63,016 bases of DNA, filler included, from Reclinomonas americana ATCC 50394 (GCA_048213135.1; 12 parts of 6 records of this genome joined end to end with filler, not necessarily neighbours in it); one strand, 5' to 3'; counted from the whole stretch's first letter, positions 14,201-30,350 are shown. Notes: generated from the letters alone by a model not told the origin. Translations and numbers: made by a program.

Positions 14201-15247
14201 CGTTGCAGGGGTTGCGGCAGCGACTGGTCGATTTGCACCTGCGGGCCTACTCGCAGCTGCGCAAGTGCCAGAATGTTGTCGTGTTGAACGATGATTTGTT
14301 TGACGGGTCGATTGTTGCGTGGGGCAGAGGGAGAGGGGTGAGGAGAGAGAAGAGGGAGATGTTGAGCGAGAAGGGAAATCGTTGATAGGTTGAGAGATCC
14401 TGCGGGGAGAGGGGAGTGGAAGTTAGAGAGTAGCTGATGCGTGAGTGTCATAGATTGGAATGTAAACAGTTAGGAACAAAAGAGTGCTGCGAGAGACATT
14501 TGGGCGATGGATGGAGCATTGATATCTCTGAGAAAGAAAAAAGTGAGACCTACGGGTGGGAGGTGTGGGAGAGAGACGTATGTAGGCGATTGGTCGCTTG
14601 CTTGCAGCGAGAGTGAGTGCTGAGATGACTGGAGAATGAATGCCTGTGAGAGGAAGAAATCGATAGCGGGAAAGTGAGTGAGAGCACATGGAGGAGTTCA
14701 TGGCTTCTGGGAGAGAACATGGAAATATTTTGCGCGTGGTGCAAAAAATGGAATGTGATCGAGTGGGAATGGAGCACATTTCTCTTCAATTCACCTTCTC
14801 CTCCTCCCTCCCTCCCTTTCCTCTTGCGCACTTACTTCCCCCACACACAGAACCTTCCTGAAACCATGGTCGTCGACCCCTACCTCGTCCCCTGCATCGC
14901 CTTCCTGGTGCGTCCGACGGAGCTGGCCAACGGCAACGGCCACACGCCCAATCTGCTGCATCACAACCTGGTCGCCACGCTCCTGCGCGACTTGTTTGGC
15001 GTCAAGGTGGCACCAGTCACCGTCGATGCATTCGCGGCACCGTATGCCGACCTCAGTGACAAGTACACCGGACGTGCTTCGAAGCCTACAGGTTTGGCTG
15101 ACATATCAATCGACCTCTGTGTACAGTAGTGCTGTATGTTGTGTTCGTGTGTTCGTTTGTGTTTAAGTTGCACTTTTCTCTGTCTCTCACGTCCCTTACG
15201 TCTCTAGATGCTTTGACTCCTTCTCTCCTCTCGCTCTATCTCTTCTA

Positions 15248-15319
<72 letters not shown>

Positions 15320-16634
15320 NNNNNNNNNNNNNNNNNNNNNNNNNNNNNNNNNNNNNNNNNNNNNNNNNNNNNNNNNNNNNNNNNNNNNNNNNNNNNNNNN
15401 NNNNNNNNNNNNNNNNNNNNNNNNNNNNNNNNNNNNNNNNNNNNNNNNNNNNNNNNNNNNNNNNNNNNNNNNNNNNNNNNNNNNNNNNNNNNNNNNNNNN
15501 NNNNNNNNNNNNNNNNNNNNNNNNNNNNNNNNNNNNNNNNNNNNNNNNNNNNNNNNNNNNNNNNNNNNNNNNNNNNNNNNNNNNNNNNNNNNNNNNNNNN
15601 NNNNNNNNNNNNNNNNNNNNNNNNNNNNNNNNNNNNNNNNNNNNNNNNNNNNNNNNNNNNNNNNNNNNNNNNNNNNNNNNNNNNNNNNNNNNNNNNNNNN
15701 NNNNNNNNNNNNNNNNNNNNNNNNNNNNNNNNNNNNNNNNNNNNNNNNNNNNNNNNNNNNNNNNNNNNNNNNNNNNNNNNNNNNNNNNNNNNNNNNNNNN
15801 NNNNNNNNNNNNNNNNNNNNNNNNNNNNNNNNNNNNNNNNNNNNNNNNNNNNNNNNNNNNNNNNNNNNNNNNNNNNNNNNNNNNNNNNNNNNNNNNNNNN
15901 NNNNNNNNNNNNNNNNNNNNNNNNNNNNNNNNNNNNNNNNNNNNNNNNNNNNNNNNNNNNNNNNNNNNNNNNNNNNNNNNNNNNNNNNNNNNNNNNNNNN
16001 NNNNNNNNNNNNNNNNNNNNNNNNNNNNNNNNNNNNNNNNNNNNNNNNNNNNNNNNNNNNNNNNNNNNNNNNNNNNNNNNNNNNNNNNNNNNNNNNNNNN
16101 NNNNNNNNNNNNNNNNNNNNNNNNNNNNNNNNNNNNNNNNNNNNNNNNNNNNNNNNNNNNNNNNNNNNNNNNNNNNNNNNNNNNNNNNNNNNNNNNNNNN
16201 NNNNNNNNNNNNNNNNNNNNNNNNNNNNNNNNNNNNNNNNNNNNNNNNNNNNNNNNNNNNNNNNNNNNNNNNNNNNNNNNNNNNNNNNNNAGAGCGCCGT
16301 TGCCAGCTCACACTCGCGGTGGTACGTTGTCGGCAGCGACCTCAACATGCGTTCCAAGGCGCCTGCCCGCAAGGCCACACGCAACCGCGGAAGCGGAAGC
16401 GGCAATGGCGATGGATCGTCCCCGGTTCCGCCCGCCGGCGGCAAGAAGGCCGCGGCGGCGAGTGGCAGCAAGGCCGCAGCTGGTTCCGGCGGCGCCACCA
16501 AGGCCGGCAAGAAGGGCGTGGCGGCAAAGATCGATGTGACTCAAGCGTCGTCGGCAGCGGCCGGAGGAGGAGCAGCAGCCCCACAACGACAGAACCGCAC
16601 ATCTCCCCTCGGCAATCGCACAAGACGCAAGTGA
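9402..16634 (+). CDS. Class-V aminotransferase / cysteine-desulfurase-like protein with a long acidic N-terminus; catalytic residues degenerate
   Basis: Exons encode AGRPVSFLEDFVRRRVMP, LRDDARRIVRDFVGASQSDIVVFSG, PVVFV..AWRDSIAQVVSIP, LRKYSERPVKIGCLS, LLHRYGALAVWDMSCSAPF, DAVIIDPSQFTGGAGASAVLV, VRAGLALQLRE and LHHNLVATLLRDLFGV. Assigning the post-gap exon (16291-16634) to this gene is tentative. Confidence 0.75.
10590..11540. repeat. Degenerate intronic minisatellite
   Basis: Recurrent TGTGCTGTCGCGCTCATCCGGAGAGAGA...CAGACAG...AAGCTT units interspersed with (GA)n. Confidence 0.7.
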
Positions 16635-16794
16635 GCGCACGGGGGAGGGAGAGAGCATGTACTTGTGTTTTACGCTTTCGGGGAGAAAATGTACTCTTTT
16701 TTTCTGTGTCCAGATCATTGCCGAGGCTGCAGCATGCGGCTGCTCGGCGAGTTCTCTTTTCTGCGTGTCGATGAGAGGCATTTTTGCACTCTGG

Positions 16795-18708
16795 CTATCG
16801 GTGGCGATGGCGGTGTTTCTCAGGCGACCGACTGCGGTGACGGTGACGGCTGAACTGGTCGTCGTGGTGATGGCGATGATGTGACGAGGAGGAGTGTCGG
16901 TGATGTCGGTCGTCGGGCTCGCCTCGCTCCCGCGACGAGTGGCGGCGTGCTGGTGGTGGTGGTGGTGGTGGTGGTGGTGGCGATGGTGAGCGCGGGCGAC
17001 GGCGCGATGCATCGGATCGCTGGAAGCGCTGTCGATTGCTCTCAAAGCGCAGCAGCAACGGATGATTCTGCGGGTGAATGATCTCTGCCATCGTGCACGA
17101 TGAGACGGAGGTGCGCGGGTGCAAGCAAAGGAAGGAGGACGAAACTGGCGGCCTGCTGTGGATCGCGTGGCGGTTTGAAGGGGCGATCGGGGCCGCCGAA
17201 GCGAAGCTGGCCGGACTCCTTGCGGCCGCCGAGGCCTCCGCCTGGAGCAAGAGGAAGGAAGATGGGAAGGGGGAATGGAAAGGAAAATAAGTGTGAGAGA
17301 GATACGCACCATGTCGACGCGGAACCCAGCCCGGCATGGTTCGCCCGCGCTCAAAGTCCACCAGCACCGGCGCGTGATCAATGAGCTGCCGATGGCATTG
17401 CTGCGAGGAGGTGGAGGTGAGGGGCGCGTGATGGAGAAGGAAGAGGGGGAGGGAAAGCGCACGCACTGCTTGCGCTCGCTCGGCCTCCTCAGCTCGTTCG
17501 TATTCGATGAAGGCATAGCATCGCGATTGGCCCGTTACTGTGTGGGGTGTGAGTGGAAGGGAGGAGGGATAGGTGGGGAAGGGAATGGAGGAAGGTGAGG
17601 AGGAGGAGCGGTAGGAGGGGGTGGACAACAAGGATGAGAAGGGAGGATAAGAAGGGAAGATAAAAGAGGAAGTGGTGGAGGTAAGCAAGGGAAGGAAAGA
17701 GGAAGGAAGAAGAAGAACAAGAAGAGCCGAAAGAGGAGAAGGAAGAAGAATGAGAATGGGATCAAAAGAAGGAGACAGGAACCGAGAGGAAGAGGATGGT
17801 GCAAGATATGGACACAAGAGAGAACACAAAAGTCATGGACGAAGAGGAGAAGAAAGAGAAGTAGGATGAGGAGATGGATCAAGGCCGATGAAGAAAAAGG
17901 TGAGGAACAAGATAGAACATAGAAGACATGGACGCAAGAGAGCATCCGGATGAGGAGAAAATGAGAGAAAGACAACTGAGCAATCCCTTTTCCTCCTGCG
18001 CACCAATGTCGCGGACTAGTCGCAAGTGAACAATGGTCCCGTGTCGACCAAAGACCTCGCGCAGAGTCTCCTCAGTGGTCGCCGGGTTCAGTTTCCCAAC
18101 AAAGATCAAGCATTGTGGGTGATCAGCGGCAAGCATCTTGGGATCGGAGTCTGGGGCGACTGAGAGAGACGCAAGGAGGGAGAGTGAGTGCGAGAGAGCG
18201 AGAGATGGCAAAGAGGGCTTTCCTCTTCTTCCTCTTCTTCACAGGAGGGAGGAAGAAGAAGAAGAAGAAGAAGAGGAGGAGGGGGAGAGGGGGAGGGGGA
18301 GGAGGGGGAGAAGGAGGAGGAGGGGGAGAAGGAGGAGAAGGAGGAGGAGGAGGAGAAGAACAAAACAAGAACAACAACAACAACAACAACAAGAAGAAGA
18401 AGTAGAAGATGATGATGATGAAGAAGAACAAGAAGAAGAACAAGAAGAAGAAGAAGAAGAAGAAGAAGAAGGCTGTTATAGTCCTTCTTACTCTTATCTC
18501 TCTCACTCTCACTCACAGTTCGCTTGCTGTGCTCGAATGACTGCATGATCATGCGGAACAACATCCGTGCCATCAATGGAGGCCGCTTGCACAGGGTCCT
18601 GTGAGACACCATAGTTCAGTGTACACTTGTAAGAGAGATAGGGAGAGGGAGAGGGGAGAGCTCACGCGCAACGTAGTGCACGGCGAGCCATTCTCCGCCT
18701 TTCAGCAT
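16795..18708 (-). CDS. SNRNP35: U11/U12 snRNP 35 kDa protein (minor spliceosome)
   Basis: Spliced model [35 protein letters not shown]..|..[24 protein letters not shown]...[21 protein letters not shown]..|..[40 protein letters not shown], plus an Arg/Ser/His-rich tail. YDP...SIDGTD and ESGQLRFGG are diagnostic for 35K rather than U1-70K. Confidence 0.92.
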
Positions 18709-19637
18709 CAATGTGTGAGATGGTGTGTCCTGTGACAACTGCAGCTTTTTTGGCTTGCCAGAGGAGGTGAGACTGTGAAGTACATGTACTTCTGGAAGCT
18801 GCAGCAATTGCAGGATTTGCACGAAGACAAATGCTTGAGAAACGGCGATCGACGTCGAGTCTTGTTCGACGTTGCCTTGGAAACAAGAAGCAGATGCGCG
18901 ATGATCAACGTCTTGAGTGAGCAGCAGTCACACAGCGGGCCGCCCGCCCTCAGCCCACCGTGATCAGAGGCCACTGGCAATCTGTCCGTGCTGGTCACAT
19001 TTGGATGCATACTGCACTCTGCAAAACAAGCGGAGACTGTGCGTTCGTCCTCCTCCAAGGAATGCCAGCGGTACAGATCGCGAGAGGCGGTTGCAGGGAA
19101 GGTCTGAGTCCAAGACGAAACGACGCATAAACTATCAAACTTCTCTATCACTACATGGTGTCGCTGCAAAAGTTCTCAATGCTGCCCTCCGCGGCGAGCT
19201 CCACCGGCCTGTGGCTTACTGGCACTGCAACACGTCCCCGCAAATACTAATTCCTTGATACCACAAGAAGCATGGTGTCGCTGCATTCCCGCGTCTCTGG
19301 CGAGCTCCTGTATCTGCGAATGCTCACCACCAGAAACTATTCATCCCCTGCGTCGCAGCCTTGTGTCATTCCCTGCTTCCCTTGCGAGCTCCACCTGCTC
19401 GTCGACGCACAAGCACCTTTGCCACATGGCGAATGCCCACCACAAGCAACCACGCACTTACTCCCCGCCTCTCTGGCGAGGTAGAACCTCCTGCGATCGC
19501 TTCATTTGATCACGTACTGCCTCCCCTCGCAAAACACACCTCATTCGAGCCCCACGCCAATGCCAGCGCAGCGTGTCGGGGGAGCGCACAGTGTGCGGCC
19601 AGCGCACCATCATCTCATCATCATGACACCATTGTCG

Positions 19638-20492
19638 TCATCGCAACAGCACCGTGATCGTATCGCCTGCGCATGCGGATCAGCTCTCTCTTCTCTCTCA
19701 CCTCACATACACACACCGCCTCACCCTCATGCACGAGGCAATCCCACAGCGTGGCAGCGTCGTTGTCCAGCATGACACCGCGTCGCATGAGGACGATTTG
19801 CGACACGGGCCAGCCTTTGAGTTGCTCCAGTGATCGCTTCACAAAGCCAATGGTGTCGGTCACTGTGTGAAGAAGGAGGAGGTGGAGAAGGGGAAGAGGG
19901 TAAGGGAAAGGGAGGAGGGAGAAGGGAGTGGCATGTGATCGAATGAGCCGGATGAAAGGGAGAGACAGAGAGAGTGAGAGAGAGAACGATAGTGTGCGAG
20001 AGAGAATACAGCGCCAGGTGACTCAGCAACAAGAACGTGAGTGCTTCTGCACAAAACTATGTGAAAAGCTCTGTGACTGAAATCATCAGTCTCCTTCTCC
20101 CTTTCCCTTTACACACTCAACATAGCAAGCTGTTCACTGTAAATGCCGGTGACGTAAGCTGCTCAAACCACACTTTCATCGCACACAGAGCACAAACAAA
20201 GCACAAACGGACAAAGAAAAGAGAAATGTAAGATGAGAGACTGAGAGAACGATGATGTGTGTGAGGGAGAGAGAGAAGGAGAGAGAGAGAGAGAGAGAGA
20301 TAGAGAATGAAGTGCCAGGTGACTTATAAACAAGTGAGAGTGTGAGGCAGAGGAAGCTGCCTCTGCGCAAAAACTCTCTCGAAAAAATCTCCTTCTCTCA
20401 CTCCTCTCTCCCTTCTCTCCTTCACACACTCAACATAGCAAGCTGTTCACTGTAAACGCCGGTGACGTCAGCTGCTCAAACCACACTTTCAT
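19638..20492 (-). CDS. Small ubiquitin-like protein; first exon present in two tandem copies
   Basis: MKVWFEQLTSPAFTVNSLL|LTDTIGFVKRSLEQLKGWPVSQIVLMRRGVMLDNDAATLWDCLVHE|GDTITVLLR* follows the ubiquitin fold pattern (DTI..VK, G.P...Q..L..G..L.....TL.D). Confidence 0.7.
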
Positions 20493-20581
20493 CGCACACA
20501 AACACCGAAGCACAAACAACAACGAACGCAGAGAGACAAAGCGAGCAGACACACACTCTTTCCCTCACTCCACAGAGCGCA

Positions 20582-22274
20582 ATGGGGTGCGGTGTTTCCA
20601 AGCAGCACGTAATGAAGGTAACACACTCTCTTACACTCGTCCACTCTCTCACAGTCACTCACTCTCTCACTCTCTCATTGTTGAAGACGCCACTGTCGGC
20701 AATCAATGTTTCGTATAACACACACAAAAAGCGCGCGTTTTTTTATGAAGTATATAGTGTGTGTGTTTTTTTCAAGAGCTCTTTCATACAGGAGAACATG
20801 GAGTCGGAGTTGAGCAAGGAGGATCTGGAAAAGGTCGCGCATCAGATGCAACTGTTGCGTTTTTAGTCGCATGCGGAATATCGGAATCGCCATATGTTGT
20901 TGTTGGTGTGGCATTCATGTATGCTTTTCGTGCTGGTCTGGTGGTGGTTTCATGCGTAGGTTTACGCAGACGGCGTTTTTCCGGCAGTTGCGGGAGAGAG
21001 AGAGGGAGGGAGAGAGAGAGAGAGAGAGAAGGAAGGAAGAGAGAGAGAGATTGCGTCACCGCGATGCCAGTCATCGGGAAGTCAACGAGAGAGAGGGAGA
21101 GAGAGATCTTGTGGAAGTCTCTTGTGCTCTTCCTTGTTTGCACTGTCCGCGATCGACTGTTCAGAGTGTGTTTTCTGCATTGTGTCGCTCGCTTGTATCT
21201 GCTCAGTGTTGCCTTGTGCGTCTCTCTGGCTGCTGCCTGCGACCCGCTCGTGCTCTTGTCTTTGTTTCTCGCTGCCTCGCAAACGCGTGTGAGACCTGTG
21301 TCTGTGGCTGATGTCGTGTGATCTGCTCGTGCTCTCGTCTTTGCTTCTCACTGTCTTACGAGGAAGTACATTCCGTGGTCTGCCTTGTGCGTCTCAGATT
21401 GCCGCCTGCGACCCGCTCGTGCTCTCGTCTTTGTTTCTCGCCCTCTCTCGAACCGAGCGCTTTGCGTGCGACACCTGTGTCTGCAGCTACTGTCGTGTGA
21501 TCGTCTGTGTGCCCTCTTTCTTGTCTCTCGCTGTCTTTCGGGCAAGTACATTCCGTGGTCTGCCTTCTGCGTCTCAGACAGCTGCCTATGATCCGCTTGT
21601 GCTGTCGTCTGGGGGTCTCGGTGTCTGCTGAGAGTGCATTGCGTGCGACTCCTGTGTCTGCAGCTATTGTCGTGTGATCTCCTCGTGCTCTCGTCTTTGT
21701 TTCTCGTCCTCTCTCGAACCGAGCGCTTGCGTGCGACTCCGGTGTCTGTGGCTGCTGTCGTGTGATCGGTTCGTCGTCTCTCTCGCTCGGTGCGAGTTTC
21801 GTCCTCTCCTCTCTCCCCTCTTCTCTCGTCTCCTTTAGTTCCCTTCTCTCACTTACATCCCTTTTCGCTCTCCCCTTCCGTTTATCCTCCCTTATCCTTT
21901 CTTCTCTCTTCTCTCCTGCTTTCTCCTCCCTTCCCTCCCTTCCCCCTTCTCCTCTATTCCTCCTTCTACCCCGTTTCACTCCTCTCTCGCAGATTATCCG
22001 ACGGCGCGTTCGACCAATTCGACAAGGATCACTCGGGGCACATTGACGCGGCGGAGCTCGACGGCGCGCTGACGGCATTCTTCTCTGGTTCTGTACTGCC
22101 ACCTCGGGTCACCCCGCCCTTTTCCTCTTTCTCATCCGAGTCGCAGACATGGCCGCTCTGGCGCGATCGCGGCAGCAGGTCGCCGAGACCATGCAAAAGG
22201 TGCAAAGACCGACGCGAGAGGACGCCGAGCGCATCTTTGCGGATCTTGACATGGATCACAACGGGAAGCTGGAT
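20582..22274 (+). CDS. N-acylated EF-hand calcium-binding protein (3' end in or after the gap)
   Basis: MGCGVSK myristoyl/palmitoyl-type N-terminus; EF loops FDQFDKDHSGHIDAAEL and IFADLDMDHNGKLD. Confidence 0.8.
21170..21770. repeat. Degenerate intronic minisatellite in the EF-hand gene
   Basis: Recurrent GCGACCCGCTCGTGCTCTCGTCTTTGTTTCTCG, AAGTACATTCCGTGGTCTGCCTT and TGTCGTGTGATC units. Confidence 0.7.
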
Positions 22275-22930
22275 GTTGCGTGCCCGTGGAGGAGGGGTGG
22301 ATATTGAGAAGGCNNNNNNNNNNNNNNNNNNNNNNNNNNNNNNNNNNNNNNNNNNNNTTAATTAATTAANNNNNNNNNNNNNNNNNNNNNNNNNNNNNNN
22401 NNNNNNNNNNNNNCTTCTTCTTCTTCTTCTTCTTCTTCTTCTTCTTCTTCTTCTTTTCAGCTCTGTTCTCTCTTGCTCTCCGTGTGAGGGGAGTGAGCGT
22501 GTATGAATCTGACGCGTCGGTGCACAGGGCTTCCCGGTGGACTAGGTGTAGATTAACGGGAGGATCTCCGTGAACAACACTGGCAAGGTGAGAGGGAGTT
22601 GTGCCTCTGTCTTTCTCCCGGCTTTGCTGGCCTTTCTACCGATGTCGCGGTCTCGTTTCTCATTAGTCTCAGCTCTGTTCTCTCTACCACTCTGATTGTG
22701 GGAATCGAGGGTGTACGACTCTGACGCGTGGGTGCACAGGGCTTCCAGCACACGAGTTGTACAAATAAATTGTGTATTATCTATCAACACAGGAGGTCTG
22801 ACTTGCAGATTCAACTGAGGTGAGACGATACATTTCAGGCACCGAGGCCTGTGTGTGATACATGAACAGAAGCATGCAGCTGTTGCGAATATTGCGAGGC
22901 AGCGGGAGCAAAAACGTGTTCTGCAAATCG

Positions 22931-23717
22931 TTATCCGTCGGGGTACCAGTCGTGGTCGATGGAGGTGCCGCAGCTGTGCAGATCCGCACGAAATGAGCGA
23001 CAGCGGCAAAGACAGGATGGAAAACGAGCAACAGCAACGCAACATGCCGGTGGTGCCCGTGTACTGCCCACGACACACAAATTCATGAGGTGTCAAGCGG
23101 ACAATTATACAAAGTGAGAGGCACTCACCTGCTTGATGGCCGGGCTGCCCCAACTGTGTGTGGAGGAGGAAGTGAGAGACTCATCGCCGAGCACATCAAT
23201 CACAGTAGGAGACGCACCCGCCGAACGAGCTCCAGTCGGAGAAGCTCGCGTTGTTGTCTGTGTGAGACATAAGTACAAACAATTATTGCGGCAGTGACAA
23301 CAGGTGGTGCTGGAGATCATTTCGCACCGTAGTGAGCATCTGTGGCGGAGAACATGAATGTGGGTGAGAAACAGCAGCGGTGAGACTGAGAGAGATAACC
23401 GAAGAGACGCAACACCACAGCGGCAGGTTGCTGAAGCTCGTGTCCTGCGCAAGAATATGCACGCGTCAGCGAGGTGAAGCGGGCACCATCACGAACAAAT
23501 ACAGTCCTATGGCACTCGCGGAACGCACGGAGAGAGAGATTTGCAAATCGTACTTGATTTCTCACCACTCTCCTCTATTCTGCTATTCACTCTCTTCGCC
23601 GTCTTCTTTCTGATTCTAAACCTGCACATCAGTTTCCCCTGTCTCTCCCTCATCCACGCGCGCGCGCGCGCGCTCTCTCTCTCTCTCCTTTCCCTCTCCC
23701 CCTCCCTCCCTCCCTCC

Positions 23718-23757
<40 letters not shown>

Positions 23758-25080
23758 TCTTGCGCAACTCCACACATGATCGGGTTCCACTGCGAGGCCG
23801 ACGAGTAAATCGCAGGCTGGTGGCCGTGAGCGGAGATTGCATCCACCGCCTGGTGGAAGAAGTTGATGTTGGCTGCACACACACACACACACCCCACAAC
23901 TCATCAGCAACACACCCACTCGATTTCCCGCTTCGCGTTTGCGGTGCGCAACTGCCGCAGTCGCCGCTCCAGTGGCCCGGCGACTCAATGTCGAGCCACA
24001 CCGAGCCGTACTGCGCACCGCCGCCGTCAAGTGCGTTGAGGGCGTTGTTGACCTGCGCCGCCGCGTCCTTGGTCTGCGTGAGGAACAGGTACACGTCGAC
24101 GTACACAAAGCCGGCAGCGCGGGCGCGGTTGACGTCGTTGGCGGCGTACGGGTTGTACTCGCCGTCTGTGAAGGGGGAAGAGTGAGGGGGAAGAGTGAGG
24201 GGAAAGAGTGAGGGGAAGAGAGGGAAGGCAAGGGGAAGGGTGAGGGAAGGGTGAGGGAAGGGTGAGGGAAGGGTGAGGGAAGGGTGAGGGAAGGGTGAGG
24301 GAAGGGTGAGGGAAGGAAGGAAGGAAGGAAGGAGGAGGAGGAGGAGGAGGAGGAGGAGGAGGAGGAGGAGGAGGAGGAGGAGGAGGAGGAGGAGGAGGAG
24401 TGAGAAACAAGAGGAAACGAGAGAGAAGAGTGGGTGCGAGAGAGTGCGTGTGTGGGAACATAGAGATGAGCAGGCAACGGGGACAGAGAAGAGAAGAAGA
24501 CTGAATAGGAGGAAAAAGGCAGAAAGAAGAAGGGAGAGAGAAGAGAGAGTCAGCGAGACAAGGACAGACACGGAGACAGCTGGGCAGCGAGAACGGGATG
24601 GTGGAGTGAGAGGGGCAGAAAGAGGAGGACAGAAAAGAGGGGGACGTGCGGAGGAAGGAACAAAGAGAGGGAGAGAAATACAGAGAGAGAAAGAAAGACA
24701 GAGAGAGAGAAATGAGAGGCACAGAAACAGTTAGGCAGCGAGAATGGGAGGGAGGGCGGGAGAGGGACAGAAGGAGGCGGACATGCAAAAGAAGGAACAA
24801 GACAAAGTGTNNNNNNNNNNNNNNNNNNNNNNNNNNNNNNNNNNNNNNNNNNNNTTAATTAATTAANNNNNNNNNNNNNNNNNNNNNNNNNNNNNNNNNN
24901 NNNNNNNNNNAGAGAGAGAGAGAAAGAGAGGCAACGAGAAAGAACAGAGAGAGGGGGGTGGAGAGAGAGAGAAAGACAGAGAGAGAAATGAGAGGCACAG
25001 AAACACTTAGGCAGCGAGAATGGGAGGAGGGCGGGAGAGGGACGGAAGAGGGACATGAAAAAGAAGGAACAAGACAAAGT

Positions 25081-25117
<37 letters not shown>

Positions 25118-25784
25118 GCGACGAGGAAGAAGAGGATGGAGACAGAGACAGACAACGAGAAGAAGCAGAAAGAGACCGATAGAGAGGTGGAGAGAGAGAG
25201 GCACGTAGGCAGTCAGGTAGTGAGAACGAAAGGGAAGAGATAAGAAGAGAGAAGAATGCATCGGAATAATCTCTCTCTCTCTCATATCTCTCTCAGAGAT
25301 CACGTACCACTGGTCATGGCTTGCACAATCGCAAAGCGGTAGCCATTGTTGAAGAGGCAGTTCCACGAGTCCTGACTCACGTCGCCTCTGTTGCAAAAAA
25401 AAAAGAACAAGGAGAAGAGTGTGAGAGAGAGAGAAGGAGGGAGAAAGATGAGAGAGACACATAGAAGATGAAGAAGAAGGAGGAGGAGGAGAAGAAGAAT
25501 GAGCAGGAGGAGAAGAATGAGAAGAGGAAGAAGAAGAAGAGGAATGAGAAAGAGAAGAATGAGAGAGAGAGAGTATGTGTGCTGATGCGCAACTGGTAGT
25601 ACGACAAGTCGAGGCCTGTGCATGCGTTTACACACAAGAGTGAGTGAGAAGCGTCATATGCTCTCTCCTTGTTTCTCTTTCTCTCTCTCTCTTTGTTTGA
25701 GAACTTACCTGAGTAGGCCAGTGCGACTGGAGCCGCGACTGCAATAACGAGGCAGAGAGCAATGAGGAAAGAGAGCTTTGTCAT
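22931..25784 (-). CDS. Secreted GH25-type (protist/nematode-type) lysozyme, copy 1, 11 exons
   Basis: MTKLSFLIALCLVIAVAAPVALAYSGLDLSYYQGDVSQDSWNCLFNNGYRFAIVQAMTSDGEYNPY...GFVYVDVYLF...SVWLDIESPGHW...IYSSASQWNPIMCGDTSFSNLPLWYAHYDNNASFSDWSSFGGWGSPAIKQYTGTTGICGTSIDHDWYPDG*. DxSxxQ and WLDIE motifs are intact. Confidence 0.92.
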
Positions 25785-25940
25785 TGCTCCGATGAGTGTG
25801 AGTGAGTGCGAGTGCGAGTAGAACTGACAAACGCAAGATGCGAGAGGACACATTGCATTGGCATTTGCTTTGTGTTTTCTTATTGTGAGACAAAGTGCGA
25901 GTTGCAAAGCGTGTGATATGCGAGGAGTTCCACTGTTCAA

Positions 25941-26100
25941 CCACGCTTATGCGGTGCAGATTGCAGTTCTCGACTTGTTCGGAGCAACACAGACGCACAC
26001 AAGAAACCTGCCAAGATCGATGTGAAGGCTGAATTTTTTATCCTGTCATCAAGACAGCTGTTGCTTGTTCGTTGGTGAATGTATTTGTTGTTGTTTGTTG
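25941..26100 (+). mobile_element. Dispersed intergenic repeat family (SINE-like), copy 3
   Basis: ACGCTTATGCGGTGCAGATTGCAGTTCTCGACTTGTTCGGAGC...GTCATCAAGACAGCTGTTGCTTGTTCGTTGGTGAATGTATTTGTTGTTG. Confidence 0.65.
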
Positions 26101-26479
26101 AACTGACGCAGTAAAAAAGTGCTCACGGACGTCGACATCGGCGAAGTCGGTCCGGACACTGCAGGTTGACAGCAGCATACCAGAGGCACTGGCGGCTGCG
26201 CCTTTGCCTGCCACCGTCATAATGGAGTGCGTTGGCGTGCGTGCCAAGAACGGCGCAAGAATGTCGAGACGATGAACAACAAGCAGCAGAAGGTTGGCGT
26301 GGTGACTCGTTCGGCATTGGTCAATCGTGCAGGGTGCATGAGCATGCATTCAGTCGACGTGCACACTGATACTGCAAATCCCGCAAGCCAAAGCAAAGAG
26401 AGCGCGTCGATTTAAATTCAGGTATTGGGGTGAGTGATACATAAACAGAAGCAGGCAAATGCCCGAGCGACCGGATTCG

Positions 26480-30132
<3,653 letters not shown>

Positions 30133-30287
30133 TGCTCGTTCGCACAAGAGGAATGTGAGAGTTGTCCTCTGCCTCGGCCGTCCTCCGTCATTCTTTTGTT
30201 GCTGCCAGTGGAGCATGTGCCACTCCCAGTGATGGGGAACGTTCGAGTGTAGGAGGAGGTGTGTTGAAAAGAAGCAGATCGCCTTCG

Positions 30288-30350
<63 letters not shown>

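Noticed and set aside
18775..19600. Separate gene or transposon fragment between SNRNP35 and the UBL gene
   Set aside because: There are only short ORFs and weak internal repeats (CATGGTGTCGCTGCA twice), with no recognisable motif or consistent splice chain.
23408..23413. Reading GTTGCG junctions as non-canonical G|TT...AGN introns
   Set aside because: At this junction that reading gives WCAHY instead of the conserved WYAHY; the GT-AG reading restores the motif.
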